A program made the translations under genes and the position numbers. The notes below the pieces were generated by a model. The model made no database searches, was not told the DNA's origin, and worked only from the letters and a program-made list of their open reading frames with translations. Shown here one piece after another: positions 42,026 to 53,836 of a stretch of DNA of 64,000 nt. Source of the stretch: Octopus vulgaris (Eukaryota); NCBI GenBank assembly GCA_951406725.2, contig OX597841.1, positions 1,798,001 to 1,862,000 on the forward strand, read 5' to 3'. Positions within the stretch are counted from its first letter, which is position 1. Every line of letters begins with the position of its first letter.

Positions 42026-45000
42026 ATGGAAATGGAAGCTTTTATGTTAAACTCAAACATATCTCCCTCCTCTGCCACAGATGCACCATTTCTCATAACT
42101 AACAACAAAAACAGCAAGTTCAGCAATGGAAGTGAAAATAAAAATTACAACTCCTACAACAGATATTTAAATGGTTCTATCACCCCTAACAACAGTAACA
42201 GTAATACTCTCGCTCTTGCAACTTATGAACCTGTTGTTTCTGGTGGTTTTGATTATTCAGCTTCGGTGTCACTTACTAATGATTCCACCACTTCTATTAC
42301 GAGCAGTAGTGTAATTGTATCTAATGAGGATGAATTTGTTATTCCTTTTAGCCTTGCCGAAATCATCTTGATTTCTTTCATCCTGGTAGTTTTGTCATCG
42401 ACCACAATTGCTGGTAATATATTTGTAGTTGTAGCTTTCAAAATTGAGAAAAAACTGCGAACAGTCAGTAGTTATTTTTTACTGAGTCTAGCAGTCGCCG
42501 ATTTTTCAGTCGGGTTAATATCTATGCCGTTTTATTCTCTGTATGTTCTCTATGGTTACAGTTGGCCGTTCGGCTCAGTACTTTGCGATTGCTGGCTCGC
42601 CCTGGATTACACAATGAGTAACGCATCGGTAGCAAACTTACTAATCATCAGCTTTGACCGTTACTTCTCGGTCACTCGTCCTCTGACCTACAGAGCAAAA
42701 AGAACTCCAAAAAGAGCCGCAATCATGATTGGCTGTGCCTGGGTCATATCAATCCTGCTTTGGTCCCCATGGATTTTCTCATGGCCCTACATTGAAGGAA
42801 AACGTACCGTCCCTTCTAAAGACTGTTATATACAATTCTTAAAAACAAATTCTTTTATCACTGTTATTACTGCATTATTAGCTTTTTATTTACCTGTCTC
42901 AATAATGATTTACCTATATTATAAGATATGGAGAGCTACAGAAAACCGACAGAAAGGACTTGTCAATTTAATTGCAGCCAAACACCTAAATGGCAGCAGT
43001 AGCAACAACAGCAGCAGTAAAAAACACATTTCCAGCAGTAAAAAAAACACTATTTCCAGTGAAGAAGATGAAGAAGTATCTAGCAACAGTTTTATTAGCT
43101 CTAAACAAAAGAGAAGCAATAACTTTTGTTCATTTTCTTCACCTACTAAAAAAACTGATGGTAGATTCCAGTACGATAATTATAATCGCAATAATGATAA
43201 TGAAGATGAAAACCAACAGCAGCAGCTAGGAAAGAAGACCAAAAACAACAGCAAGTGGAAGAAAAGGCTGCCAAAATGGTTAACAAGTCATCGGAAACTG
43301 AATCCGAATCCTAATCCGAATCGTGTCAAAAAACTGTGTTGCCCAATAATAGATCGTGATGTTGATTATATTGATGACTCTAGTACAAGTGATCCGCCAG
43401 GATCTCCCCCTGCCATGAGGGATCAAGAATTATCCCAATTAAAGTTAACACTGAAATCCCCAACTGTTCTGCCAGCAGATAAAGACAAAGATGGATGTTC
43501 TTCCCATTTCATCTCAGTCCCTGATAATATAAACTCAATGATGACCATCACTCCTAAATCTTCTGATATACAACCAATGAGAAAATCCAGCAGAAGTCTA
43601 GATATCAGTAATGTTGATAGAGACCAAGAAGTCTCAAGACTAACACTGAAGTCCTTTACTGTTTCTTTGTCGAGTAAAAATGGAGGTGATTGTTCTGATT
43701 TCACACCATTATCAAATAATTTAATAAATACGAGGAATTCAAATGTACTGAAATCTTCTGAGAGACGCCAAAATAAAAGTTCTGGCAGCCAAATGCTTCT
43801 TTCACCTCTTAGTGATACAGATGTCGATGATACCCCTTCTACGAATGAGGAGGACATGACTAGTGGTATGTCAAGTCGGCAGCATAGTAATCTGTCTGAA
43901 ATCACTGCTGCTACTATGGTTGACGAAGGAGAAGAAGAACAACAACAACTACAACAACGACAAAAACAACAGCAACAACGAGAAATGATTTATGATGACC
44001 AAAAAGAGAGATTGATGTACACATCTTTTATTAAATCCTCTGATGCTGATGGCAGCAATGATGACAAGAAACTGAACCAACGAAAAATTGAAACAGTGAA
44101 GCGAAAAGAAAATAAAGATGATTCTGAAATGGTAGAAAGAATGACAGTAACAAAAGATAAAGTAAAAGCAAAGTTTGATAAAACTAAAGTGAAAGCAGGA
44201 ACATCAAATTGCGAAAAAAAGACTAAAGATGTTACTAATATTGTTAAGAGAGATAACAATAACAAGAAATGGGATGAGGATGATGGCAATGTTTTGTGTA
44301 ATGGCAAAGCTTTGTGTCATGACGGGTTAGAGCATGGAGCAAAGTTTGCTGAAAATGAACAGAAAGAACAAATGATGAATTTTGAAGCAAACAAAGATGC
44401 TGTGATTAATATTGATGATGTTGATTGTACTATAACACATGATAATAACAACAGGGAATGTTATAAACCTAAAGATGATGGTAGTACTTCGTATCATGCT
44501 AGATCGGGGTTAGAGTTAAAAGCAAAGATGGACAAAACTAAACAGACTGAAGAAATGTGGACTTGTGAAAGAAAATACAATGGAGGCACTGTTGGTATTG
44601 ACAATGTTGATAGTTCAAAGACTGATAACCACAACATGAAATGTGATGGGTCAGAGTTAAAAGCAAAATGTGGCAGAACTGTGCAGAGAGAAAAGACAGC
44701 AAACTTTGAAGCAAAAAACAGAAAATTTGCACCAATTAGTGTTGATAATGTTGATAGTATGAATATGGATAATAAAGATGGAAAATGCAGTAAAGAAGAA
44801 GGCAGTAATGATTTGTGTAGTAGCAGATTTGAGGGCAAAGTAAAATTTGTCAAAAGCAAGCACAAAGAAGAAACATCAGATTCAGACATAAAGGATGAAC
44901 AACAAGAAAAAATGGCGGTGGCGATTAGTTTCAATGATGACTGCAATGGTGTTGAAATAGATAGCAACAATTTAAAATGCAAGAAAGATGATGATGATGA

Positions 45001-45998
45001 TGATGACGACAACAACGACAGTGATGATGATGATGGTGATGATGATGGTAGTGGTGACAACGACGCTGGTGACAATAGTAACAGTCTGTGTTTGGGCAGT
45101 GATAAACTATGTAAAAGGAACCAGTGTAATTCAAATCAGGTTAGATTAAAGCTAGAGAAAGAACCTGGACGGGATGTTGTAGGCTCACTTGAACAGAACA
45201 GCTTACTTACTTCCTTGTCTTCTCCATCTTCACCACCTACATCACCAGATGATAAGTTACTGCTTGTACACCAGGGAAGGAAAAATTCAGCCATGACAGA
45301 TGATAGCAGTTTGCATTTGTGCAATGACAGACAACATGAGAGAAACCACAAAAATTCGTGTCATGTCCAATTAGGGCAAGAAATAAGCCAAGATAATGTA
45401 GACCCAATCGAACAAAATAATACCACCTCCTCTCCATGGTCTTCTTCACTACCTTCACCACTTGGATCAATAGATACGCCATTGCTTGACTGTCAGAACA
45501 CTGGGAATAAAGCAATAATGAAAAACCGACAACAGAGAAACCAGGAGCAAAAAGCAACCAAGATGGATGACAGTAGTTTGTGCGATGAAAAACTATACCA
45601 AAATAAAAGCTGGGAAAATTCATGTAATGTTAGGTCAGAAGCAAAGACGAATGCTGATCCACTGATCGAATCAAACCAATTGAACATTATAACTTCTCCA
45701 TCTTCCTCTTCTTCGTCCCTTCCCGCCCCCTGTTCAGCAAATATACCACTGCTTGATCGTAGGAAGATTACAGATTCAGAAAGAATCACGTCGACACGAC
45801 AGACTCATGTTACCAACAAAGTCTGGAACAAAGCACGTTCACAGCAGGATAAGAAAATGCGATGCCAGGATAAAAAAGCTGCAAAAACCCTAACTGCTAT
45901 ACTCCTGGTGTTTATCATCACCTGGACGCCTTACAATATCTTTGCAGTTCTGCAAGTGTTCTGTGAAGGTTGTATTAACAACACAGTATATGCCATTG
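42026..45998 (+). CDS. mAChR: Muscarinic acetylcholine receptor (A-type, M1/M3/M5-like), coding exon 1: TM1-TM6 with giant ICL3
   Basis: GNIFV, LSLAVADF, CDCWLALDYTMSNASVANLLIISFDRYFSVTRPLTYRAKRT, AFYLPV, KAAKTLTAILLVFIITWTPYN; donor G|gtaagt at 45998/45999, phase 1. Confidence 0.96.
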
Positions 45999-46104
45999 GT
46001 AAGTATTCCTATTTTATTTTAATAAATTGGTGCTTCTATTTGAGCACATGTTAAACCCTTTCAGGTACTTTTGATCTATACATTTCTCCTCTTTTCAATT
46101 ACAT

Positions 46105-46920
46105 CTGTTGCCATGTAAAAGCACCCATGTGGTGCCACATAAAAGCGCCCATACAGCATCATGTAAAAGCACTTGTGCAGTGTCATGTAAAAGTGCTCAT
46201 GCAGTGCCACATAAAAGCACACATGAAGTACCATGTAAAAGCGCCTGTGTGGTGCCATGTAAAAGTGCCCGTGATGTTCCACATAAAAGTGCCCATGCAG
46301 CACTACATCAAAGCACCCGTGCAGCACCACGTAAAAGTGTCCATGTGGTGCCACATAAAAGTGTTTGTGCAGTGCCATGTAAATGTGACCCTGTGGTACC
46401 ATGTACAAGTGCCCATGTAGTACCATATACAAGCACACATGCAGTGCCATGTAAAAGGGCCTGTGCAGTACCATGCAAAAGCACTCATGCAGCAACACAT
46501 GAAAGCACCCATGCAATGCCATGTAAGAGAATCCATGCAGTGTCATGTAAAAGTACTCTTGTGACGACATGTAAGAGCACCTGTGCAGCAACACATAAAA
46601 GCACCCATGCAGCAACACATAAAAGCACTCATGCAATGCCACATAAAAGCACTCATGCAATGCCACATAAAAGCACTCATGCAATGCCACATAAAAGCAC
46701 TCATGCAATGCCACATAAAAGCACTCATGCAATGCCACATAAAAGTACTCATGCAATGCCACATAAAAGCATCCATGTTGTGACACATAAGAACGCCCGT
46801 GCAGAGTGCATATTAAGCCCATTTAGGTATTCTTGATCCACTCATCTCTCCTCATCTCAATTACATTTGTTGCTATGTAAGAGTGCCCATGCAACACCAT
46901 GTAAAAGCACCCAGCACACA
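46105..46920 (+). repeat. 21-bp minisatellite (gccacataaaagcactcatgcaat-like) derived from an RTE 3' UTR module
   Basis: About 33 units 46110-46820; unit resembles the reverse complement of ggtgctttttacgtgccac and runs into a plus-oriented RTE 3' end (46900-47075). Confidence 0.85.
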
Positions 46921-47756
46921 CTGTAAAGTGGTTGATGCTAGGAAGGGCATCTAGCCATAGAATCCATGCTACATCAGACTGAAATCTGGTGCAGCTCTCT
47001 GGCTTGCCAGCTATGTTCACACCATCCAACCCATGCCAGCATGGACAACAGACGTTAAATGGTGATGACGATGATGCTGTAAACAACCTTCAACATCTCT
47101 CCTACTAACCTTTGCCCTAATCACTAAGCACAGACTTTAAACTGCATCTGGGTATGAAGCTCCAGTCCAAAGTTTTGAGAAGTGTGGAACCACATTTCAG
47201 CCACTATTGTTCCCATGTCTACTCTGGCCCATAATAGAAGCACCTGTCAGGGCCCTAGCTATAGCTTAACTAGAATGTTATGGAAGAAATTCCAGGCTCA
47301 AAGTGTCACTGCCTTATGAGTGGAAAGTAAAAGGCTAGGAGAGTCAAGCTCAACAGTAAATCAAAGAGTGAAATCTCTCAGTCCAGGATCCTCTCTGATG
47401 CCCTTCCAGTAATTCCAGGTAGGTGGGTGGAGCTGTTCAGCCATGTAAGGCAATTTGACTAGGAGGAGGCCATTCCAATATAAAACCCTAACCCTAACCC
47501 TACGTTAGGATGCATATAGGCATATACACACACATTCACACGAACCCATACATACACTCACACAGAGATGTCAGTAGCCCACTGCCCACTTGGCCAATTT
47601 CAGCCATAGTTACTACAGTTTACTTTAAGATTAGGGCAGCTTGTGTACAATTTGATGGATTCTTTATCTATATCACTCAGGGTCAGTGGCACATCCAACA
47701 GCAGCAGATGTTAATTAATTAATAAATTAATTTTTATCCATTGGATCTCTCCATTT

Positions 47757-49086
47757 TCATCATCATCATCATCAGCGTTTAGTGTCCGCTTTCCATGCTA
47801 GCATGGGTTGGACGGTTCAACTGGGGTCTGGGAAGCCAGAAGGCTGCACCAGGCCCAGTCTGATCTGGCAATGTTTCTACGGCTGGATGCCCTTCCTAAC
47901 GCCAACCACTCCATGAGTGTAGTGGGTGCTTTTTACATGCCACCGGCACAGGTGCCAGACGGAGCTGACAAACGGCCATGGACGGATGGTGCTTTTTATG
48001 TGCCACCGGCACGGGGGCCAGGCGAGGCTGGCAACGGCCACGAACGGATGGTGCTTTTTACGTGCCACCGGCACGAGGCCAGTCGGGGCGGCGCTGGCAA
48101 CGGCCACATTCGGATGGTTCTCTTACGTGCCACCGGCACTGGTATCTCAGCTGCAATTTCCATTGATTGATTTCGATTCTGATTTCTGATTCTCACTTGC
48201 CTCAACAAGTCTTCACAAGTAGAGTTTTGCATCCCAAGAAGGGAAGGTATGCATAAGTGGACTGGCTACATCCCATGTAGAAGGCCACGGGTTATGGTCT
48301 CACTTGTCCTGCCGGGTCTTCTCACGCACAGCATACTTCCAGAGGTCTCGGTCTCTAGTCATTTCCTTGGTGAGACCTAAATTTCGAAGGCCGTGCTTCA
48401 CCACCTCATCCCAGGTTTTCCTGGGTCTGCCTCTTCCACAGGTTCCCTCAACCGCTAGGGTGTGGCACTTTTTCACACAACTATCTTCAGCCATTCTCGC
48501 CACATGACCATACCAGCGCAAACGTCTCTCTTGCACACCACATCTGATGCTTCTTAGGTCCAGCTTTTCTCTCAAGGTACTTACACTCTGTCGAGTATGA
48601 ACACTGATATTACACATCCATCGGAGCATACTGGCTTCATTTCTTGCGAGCTTACGCATATCCTCAGCAGTCACGGCCCATGTTTCACTGCCATGTAGCA
48701 TGGCTGTTCGTACACACACGTCATACAGTCTGCCTTTTACTCTGAGCGAGAGGCCTTTTGTCACCAGCAGAGGTAAGAGCTCTCTGAACATGTCCAAGCT
48801 ATTCTTACTCTAGCAGTTACACTTTCAGCACACCCGCCCCCGCTACTGACTTGGTCACCTAGGTAACGGAAGCTATCAACTATTTCTAGTTTTTCTCCCT
48901 GGAAAGTGACAGAAGTTAGTCTCAGAGCATTTTCAGTGTTTATTGTTCCCAAGCATCTGCCACATACAAAAACTATCTTCCTAGTTAGCCTTCCTTTGAC
49001 ATTGCTGCACCTCTTATGTATCCATAGCTTACACTTGGTGCATCTTATAGAGTTTCTACCTACAACTTTTCTACCTGAAGGCGTTT
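47757..49086 (-). mobile_element. 5'-truncated RTE LINE in the receptor intron
   Basis: RT C-terminus KGRLYDVCVRTAMLHGSETW..RRLRWYGHVAR..GRGRPRKTW, 3' UTR and (GAT)n tail; highly similar to 49698-51000. Confidence 0.92.
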
Positions 49087-49578
49087 CAGACTTAATAATA
49101 ATATTTGATATTTTATGATATTTTGCATAGTATTTTCATTGAAAAAATATCTCTTCAAAATACAATATATTAAATTAGTGTATTTTGGATAAAAATATCC
49201 CTAAAAGAGGTCTAAATATCCTCATAGTGACTATATATATGCGTGTATATATATATATATATACACACACACAAACATATGTGCATGTATGTGTATGTGT
49301 AGGTGAGTGTGTGGCTATGTGTCGACGTGCATTTATCAAGTGCATGCACTTTTCTGTTTTTTTACCTGTTTCAGTCATTTGACTGCAGCCATGCTGGGGC
49401 ACAGCCTTGAAGTGTTTTTGTCGAACAATTCAACCTCATTACTTATTTTTAAACCTAGTACTTACTTTATAGGTCTCTTTTGTTGGACTGCTAGGTTACA
49501 GGGACGTAAACACACCAGCATCAGTCATCAAGAAATCGTGGGTGGGGGGACATAGACAAAGACACACATACATATATA

Positions 49579-49628
<50 letters not shown>

Positions 49629-49697
49629 CATACATATATAGATATAGATATATATATATGTATGTATGTATGTATATATATATATATATATATATAT

Positions 49698-52600
49698 CAT
49701 CATCATCATCATCATCATTTAGCGTCCGCTTTCCATACTAGCATGGGTTGGACGGTCCAACTGGGGTCTGGGAAGCCAGAAGGCTGCATCAGGCCCAGTC
49801 TGATCTGGCGGTGTTTCTACGGCTGGACGCCCTTCCTAACGCCAACCACTCCGTGAGTGTAGTGGGTGCTTTTTACGTGCCACCTGCACAGGTGCCAGAC
49901 GGAGCTAGCAAACGGACACGGACGGATGGTGCTTTTTACGTGCCACCGGCACGGAGGCCAGTCGGGGCGGCGCTGGCAACGGCACGATCAGATGGTATCA
50001 CAGCTGCAATTTCCACTGATGTTGATCGACTTCGATTTTGGTTCTGCTTTCTGATATCTGATTTGATTTGATTTGATTTTGATTTTCACTTGCCTCAATG
50101 GGTCTTCACAAGTGGAGTTTTGTGTCCCAAGAAGGAAAGGTATGTATAAGTCGACTGGCTACATCCCGTGTAGAAGGCCACGGGTTATGGTCTCACTAGT
50201 CTTGCCGGGTCTTCTCACGCACAGCATACTTCCATAGGTCTCGGTCTCTAGTCATTTCCTTGGTGAGACCTAAATTTCGAAGGTCGTGCTTCACCACCTC
50301 ATCCCAGGTTTTTCAGGGTCTGCCTCTTCCACAGGTTCCCTCAACCGCTAGGGTGTGGCACTTTTGCACACAACTATCTTCAGCCATTCTTGTCTCATGA
50401 CCATACCAGCGCAAACGTCTCTCTTGCACACCACAACTGATGCTTCTTAGGTCCGACTTTTCTCTCAAGGTACTTACACTCTGTCAAGTATGCACACTGA
50501 CATTACACATCCATCGGAGCATACTGGCTTCATTCCTTGTGAACTTACACATGCCCTCAGTAGTCACGGCCCATGTTTCACTACCATGTAGCATGGCTGT
50601 TAATACACATGCATCATACAGTCTACCTTTTACTTTGAGCGAGAGGCCCTTTGTCACCAGCAGAGGTAAGAGCTCTCTGAACTTTGCCCAGGCTATTCTT
50701 ACTCTAGCAGTTACACTTTCAGCACACCTACCCCCGCTACTGACTTGGTCACCTAGGTAGTGGAAGCTATCAACTATTTCTAGTTTTTCTCCCTGGAACA
50801 TGGTAGAAGTTGGTCTCTGCACATTTTCAGTGTTTATTGCTCCTGAGCATCTGCCACAGACAAAAACTATTTTCCTAGTAAGCCTTCCTTTGACATTGCT
50901 GCACATCTTATGTGTCCATAGCTTACACTTGGTGCATCTTATAGAGTTTCTACCTACACCTTTTCTACAGATCGAGCAGGGCCATCTACCTGAAGGCGTT
51001 TGTGATTGGTCTATCTTCCTACTTATTAGGACTTTGGTTTTGGCTAGGTTGATTCTAAGGCCCTTCGATTCTAATCCTTGCTTCCACACCTGAAACTTCT
51101 CCTCCAGTTCTGATAGTGACTCAGCAATTAGAGCAAGGTCATCAGCATAGAGGAGCTCCCAGGGGCATCCTGTCTTGAATTCCTCCGTTATTGCCTCGAG
51201 GACTATGATAAATAGGAGGGGACTGAGGACTGAAACTTGGTGGACCCCAACCTCTACCCGGAATTCTTCACTGTACTCGTTGCCAACCCTCACCTTACTA
51301 GCAGCGTCTCTGTACATGGCTCGCACAGCTCTCACTAACCATTCATCTATCCCTAGTTTCCTCATTGACCATCAGGTAAGGGATCGGTGGGCCCTGTCGA
51401 AGGCTTTCTCCATGTCAACAAAAGCCAGGTACAGGGGCTTATCTTTGGCTAGGTATTTCTCCTGCAGCTGTCTTACCAAGAATATAGCATCAGTAGTACT
51501 TTTTCCTGGCACGAACCCAAACTGCATCTGATCTAAGCTAACTCCCTCTCTAATTAGTTGGGCTATAACCCTCTCCGTAACCTTCATTACCTGATCTAGC
51601 AGCTTGATAGCCCTGTAGTTATTTGTATCTAGGGCATCACCTTTATATTGTAGCAGCTGACTATTATGCTGCTACACCAGTCATTGGGAATGACTCCTTC
51701 ATGTATCACCTGGTTAACTATATGGGTGACTAGGCTATAGCCTACACTACCAGATATTTTGAGCATCTCTGCAGTAATTCCTGATGGGCCTGGGGCTTTC
51801 CCTGTTTTCATGCTTGTAATTGCCTTAACTACCAAGGAACTGTCAACTCGGATTGCTGGTCCCTTTGTTGGGTCGACATTCGGCAGACTCTCTTTATCCC
51901 ATTCATTTTCCTCATTCAGCAACCTTTCATAGTGGCGTCTCCAAACCTCTCTCTTTGCATCCTCATTTAGCGCAAGTGAACCGTCATCCTTGCGAACACA
52001 TTTCTCTCCTACCACGTCATGATTCTCTCTCACACACTGTCTTGTAACACGAAATACCTCAAGTCTTTCATCCTCACGGCGCAGAACATTGGCAAATTTT
52101 TTCTTATCTGCCTCCTCTCTGGCTAAATACACCTGCCTCCTAGCTTCCCTTCTGGCAGTCTGATACACTTCCCTGCTACTACCGTTCTTCCAGTCCTTCC
52201 AAGCCTGTTTCTTTTGTCTAATAGCCCTGTCAACAATATTGTTCCACCACCATGTTATTTTAGGTCTTGAGGGGACTTTGCACCAGTCACAGATCTGGTC
52301 AGTGGCTTTCAGCAGATTGTCCCTTAGAAGCGTCCATTTGTCTTCTACCCCATGTGTAGCTATACCCCCTTCTGTTTCGTCAAAGGCTTCAAATAACATG
52401 TCTCTAAATCTCTGTCCATTCGCAGAATCTTTAAGCTTCCAGACCCTTCTTCTCCATGTTGGTCGTCTTCTAGTCGTCTTCTTAGTCCTGATCCTAAAGT
52501 CACTAACTACCAGTCTATGTTGTGGGGTACATTCTTTGCCTGGGAAGGTTTTGGCATTTATAAGCAGCCATCTTTCCCTTTTTCTGGCAAGGATGTAGTC

Positions 52601-52828
52601 GATTTGGCTAGTATGTCAGCCCGATCGGTAGGTGACCAGGTGGCTTGTAGGTTTCCTGAAGTTAGTGTTGCAAACCATAAGACTATTCGCATCGCAGAAC
52701 TCCAGCAGCCTGGTTCTCTCCTCATTGCGGGAACCATAACCGTAGCCTCCATGTACGCCATGGAAGCCCCCAGCATGTCGTCCAACATGCCCATTGAAGT
52801 CACCAGCCACAAAGAGAAGGTCCCTGTC

Positions 52829-52830
<2 letters not shown>
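49698..52830 (-). mobile_element. Near-full-length RTE LINE (partial AP endonuclease and RT), frameshifted
   Basis: AGDFNGHVG..NTNFRKP (endonuclease); KAPGPSGITAEMLK, QFGFVPG, AFVDMEKAFD, VLSPLLF, LLYADDL (RT); (GAT)n tail. Confidence 0.95.
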
Positions 52831-52862
<32 letters not shown>

Positions 52863-53576
52863 TATCATCATCATCATCATGGTTTAACGTTCGCTTTCCA
52901 TGCTGGCATGGGTTGGACGATTTGACTGAGGACTGGCGAACCAGATGGCTGCAACAGGCTCCAATCTGATCTGGCAGAGTTTCTACACCTGGACGCCCTT
53001 CCTAACGCCAACCACTCTGAGAGTGTAATGGGTGCTTTTGTGTGCCACCGGCACGAGAACCAGACAGGCAGTACTGGCAATGGCCACACTCAAATGGTGT
53101 TTTTTACGTGCCAGGCTTCTTTCAGTTTCCACCCTCCAAATCCATTCACAAGGCTTTGGTTGGTCTAAGGCTATAATAGAAGACACTTGCCCAAGGTGCC
53201 ACGTCGTGGAACTGAACCCAGGATCGTGTGGTTGGGAAGCAAGCTTCTTACCTCACAGCCACACTTCATATATTTTTTCTATTTTTCTACTTTTTCTATT
53301 AGTAAATCTAATTGCCTTTTGTACATCTTTTTATATACATCAGCACTGGTAATGCCTTCCCTGCATATTGATAATTATTCACCAGTTCAGTAAAAGAGAC
53401 TGATAGAATAAGTACTAGGCTTTAAAAAAAAAAGTCCTGGGATCAATTTGTTTGACTAAAATCCCTTCAAGGTGGTGCTCCAGCATGACCACAGAAAGTG
53501 ACTGAAACAAGTAAAAGTGTAAAAGAATATATACACATATCTTTATTTATAACATCATTTTCTCGTTTCTTTGCAG

Positions 53577-53836
53577 GTTATTGGTTATGTTACTTAAACA
53601 GCACAATAAACCCATTCTGCTACGCTTTGTGCAATGTGAACTTCCGAACAGCATTCATGCGCATAATCTGTTGCAGGCGTAAAAGCCGCCCCGTACAGAG
53701 GATCACATATACTCGACGCCACGGCTACTACAAATACCATTATTATCTACAAAGGCAGGATGAACCAACAAGAACTTCATGTGAACCCAGCAAAACTACC
53801 AAAGGAGCAGGAGAGGAGACGTCTGCAAGGTGGTAG
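53577..53836 (+). CDS. mAChR: Muscarinic acetylcholine receptor, coding exon 2: TM7, helix 8, C-tail
   Basis: Acceptor tttctcgtttctttgcag at 53576; the phase-1 join gives [27 protein letters not shown]; TAG at 53834-53836; spliced length 1410 aa; intron 45999-53576. Confidence 0.96.

Noticed and set aside
42026-46054. Single-exon 1342-aa receptor as listed in the ORF track
   Set aside because: Lacks TM7/NPxxY; a canonical phase-matched splice to 53577 restores it.
46076-46836. 242- and 248-aa heptad-repeat proteins
   Set aside because: By-product of a stop-free 21-bp minisatellite.
47483-47501. (CCCTAA)3 as a telomere-healing site
   Set aside because: Too short to distinguish from chance or repeat-internal sequence.
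49080-49230. Possible hammerhead cut by the RTE 5' junction
   Set aside because: Stem III and stem I cannot be completed.
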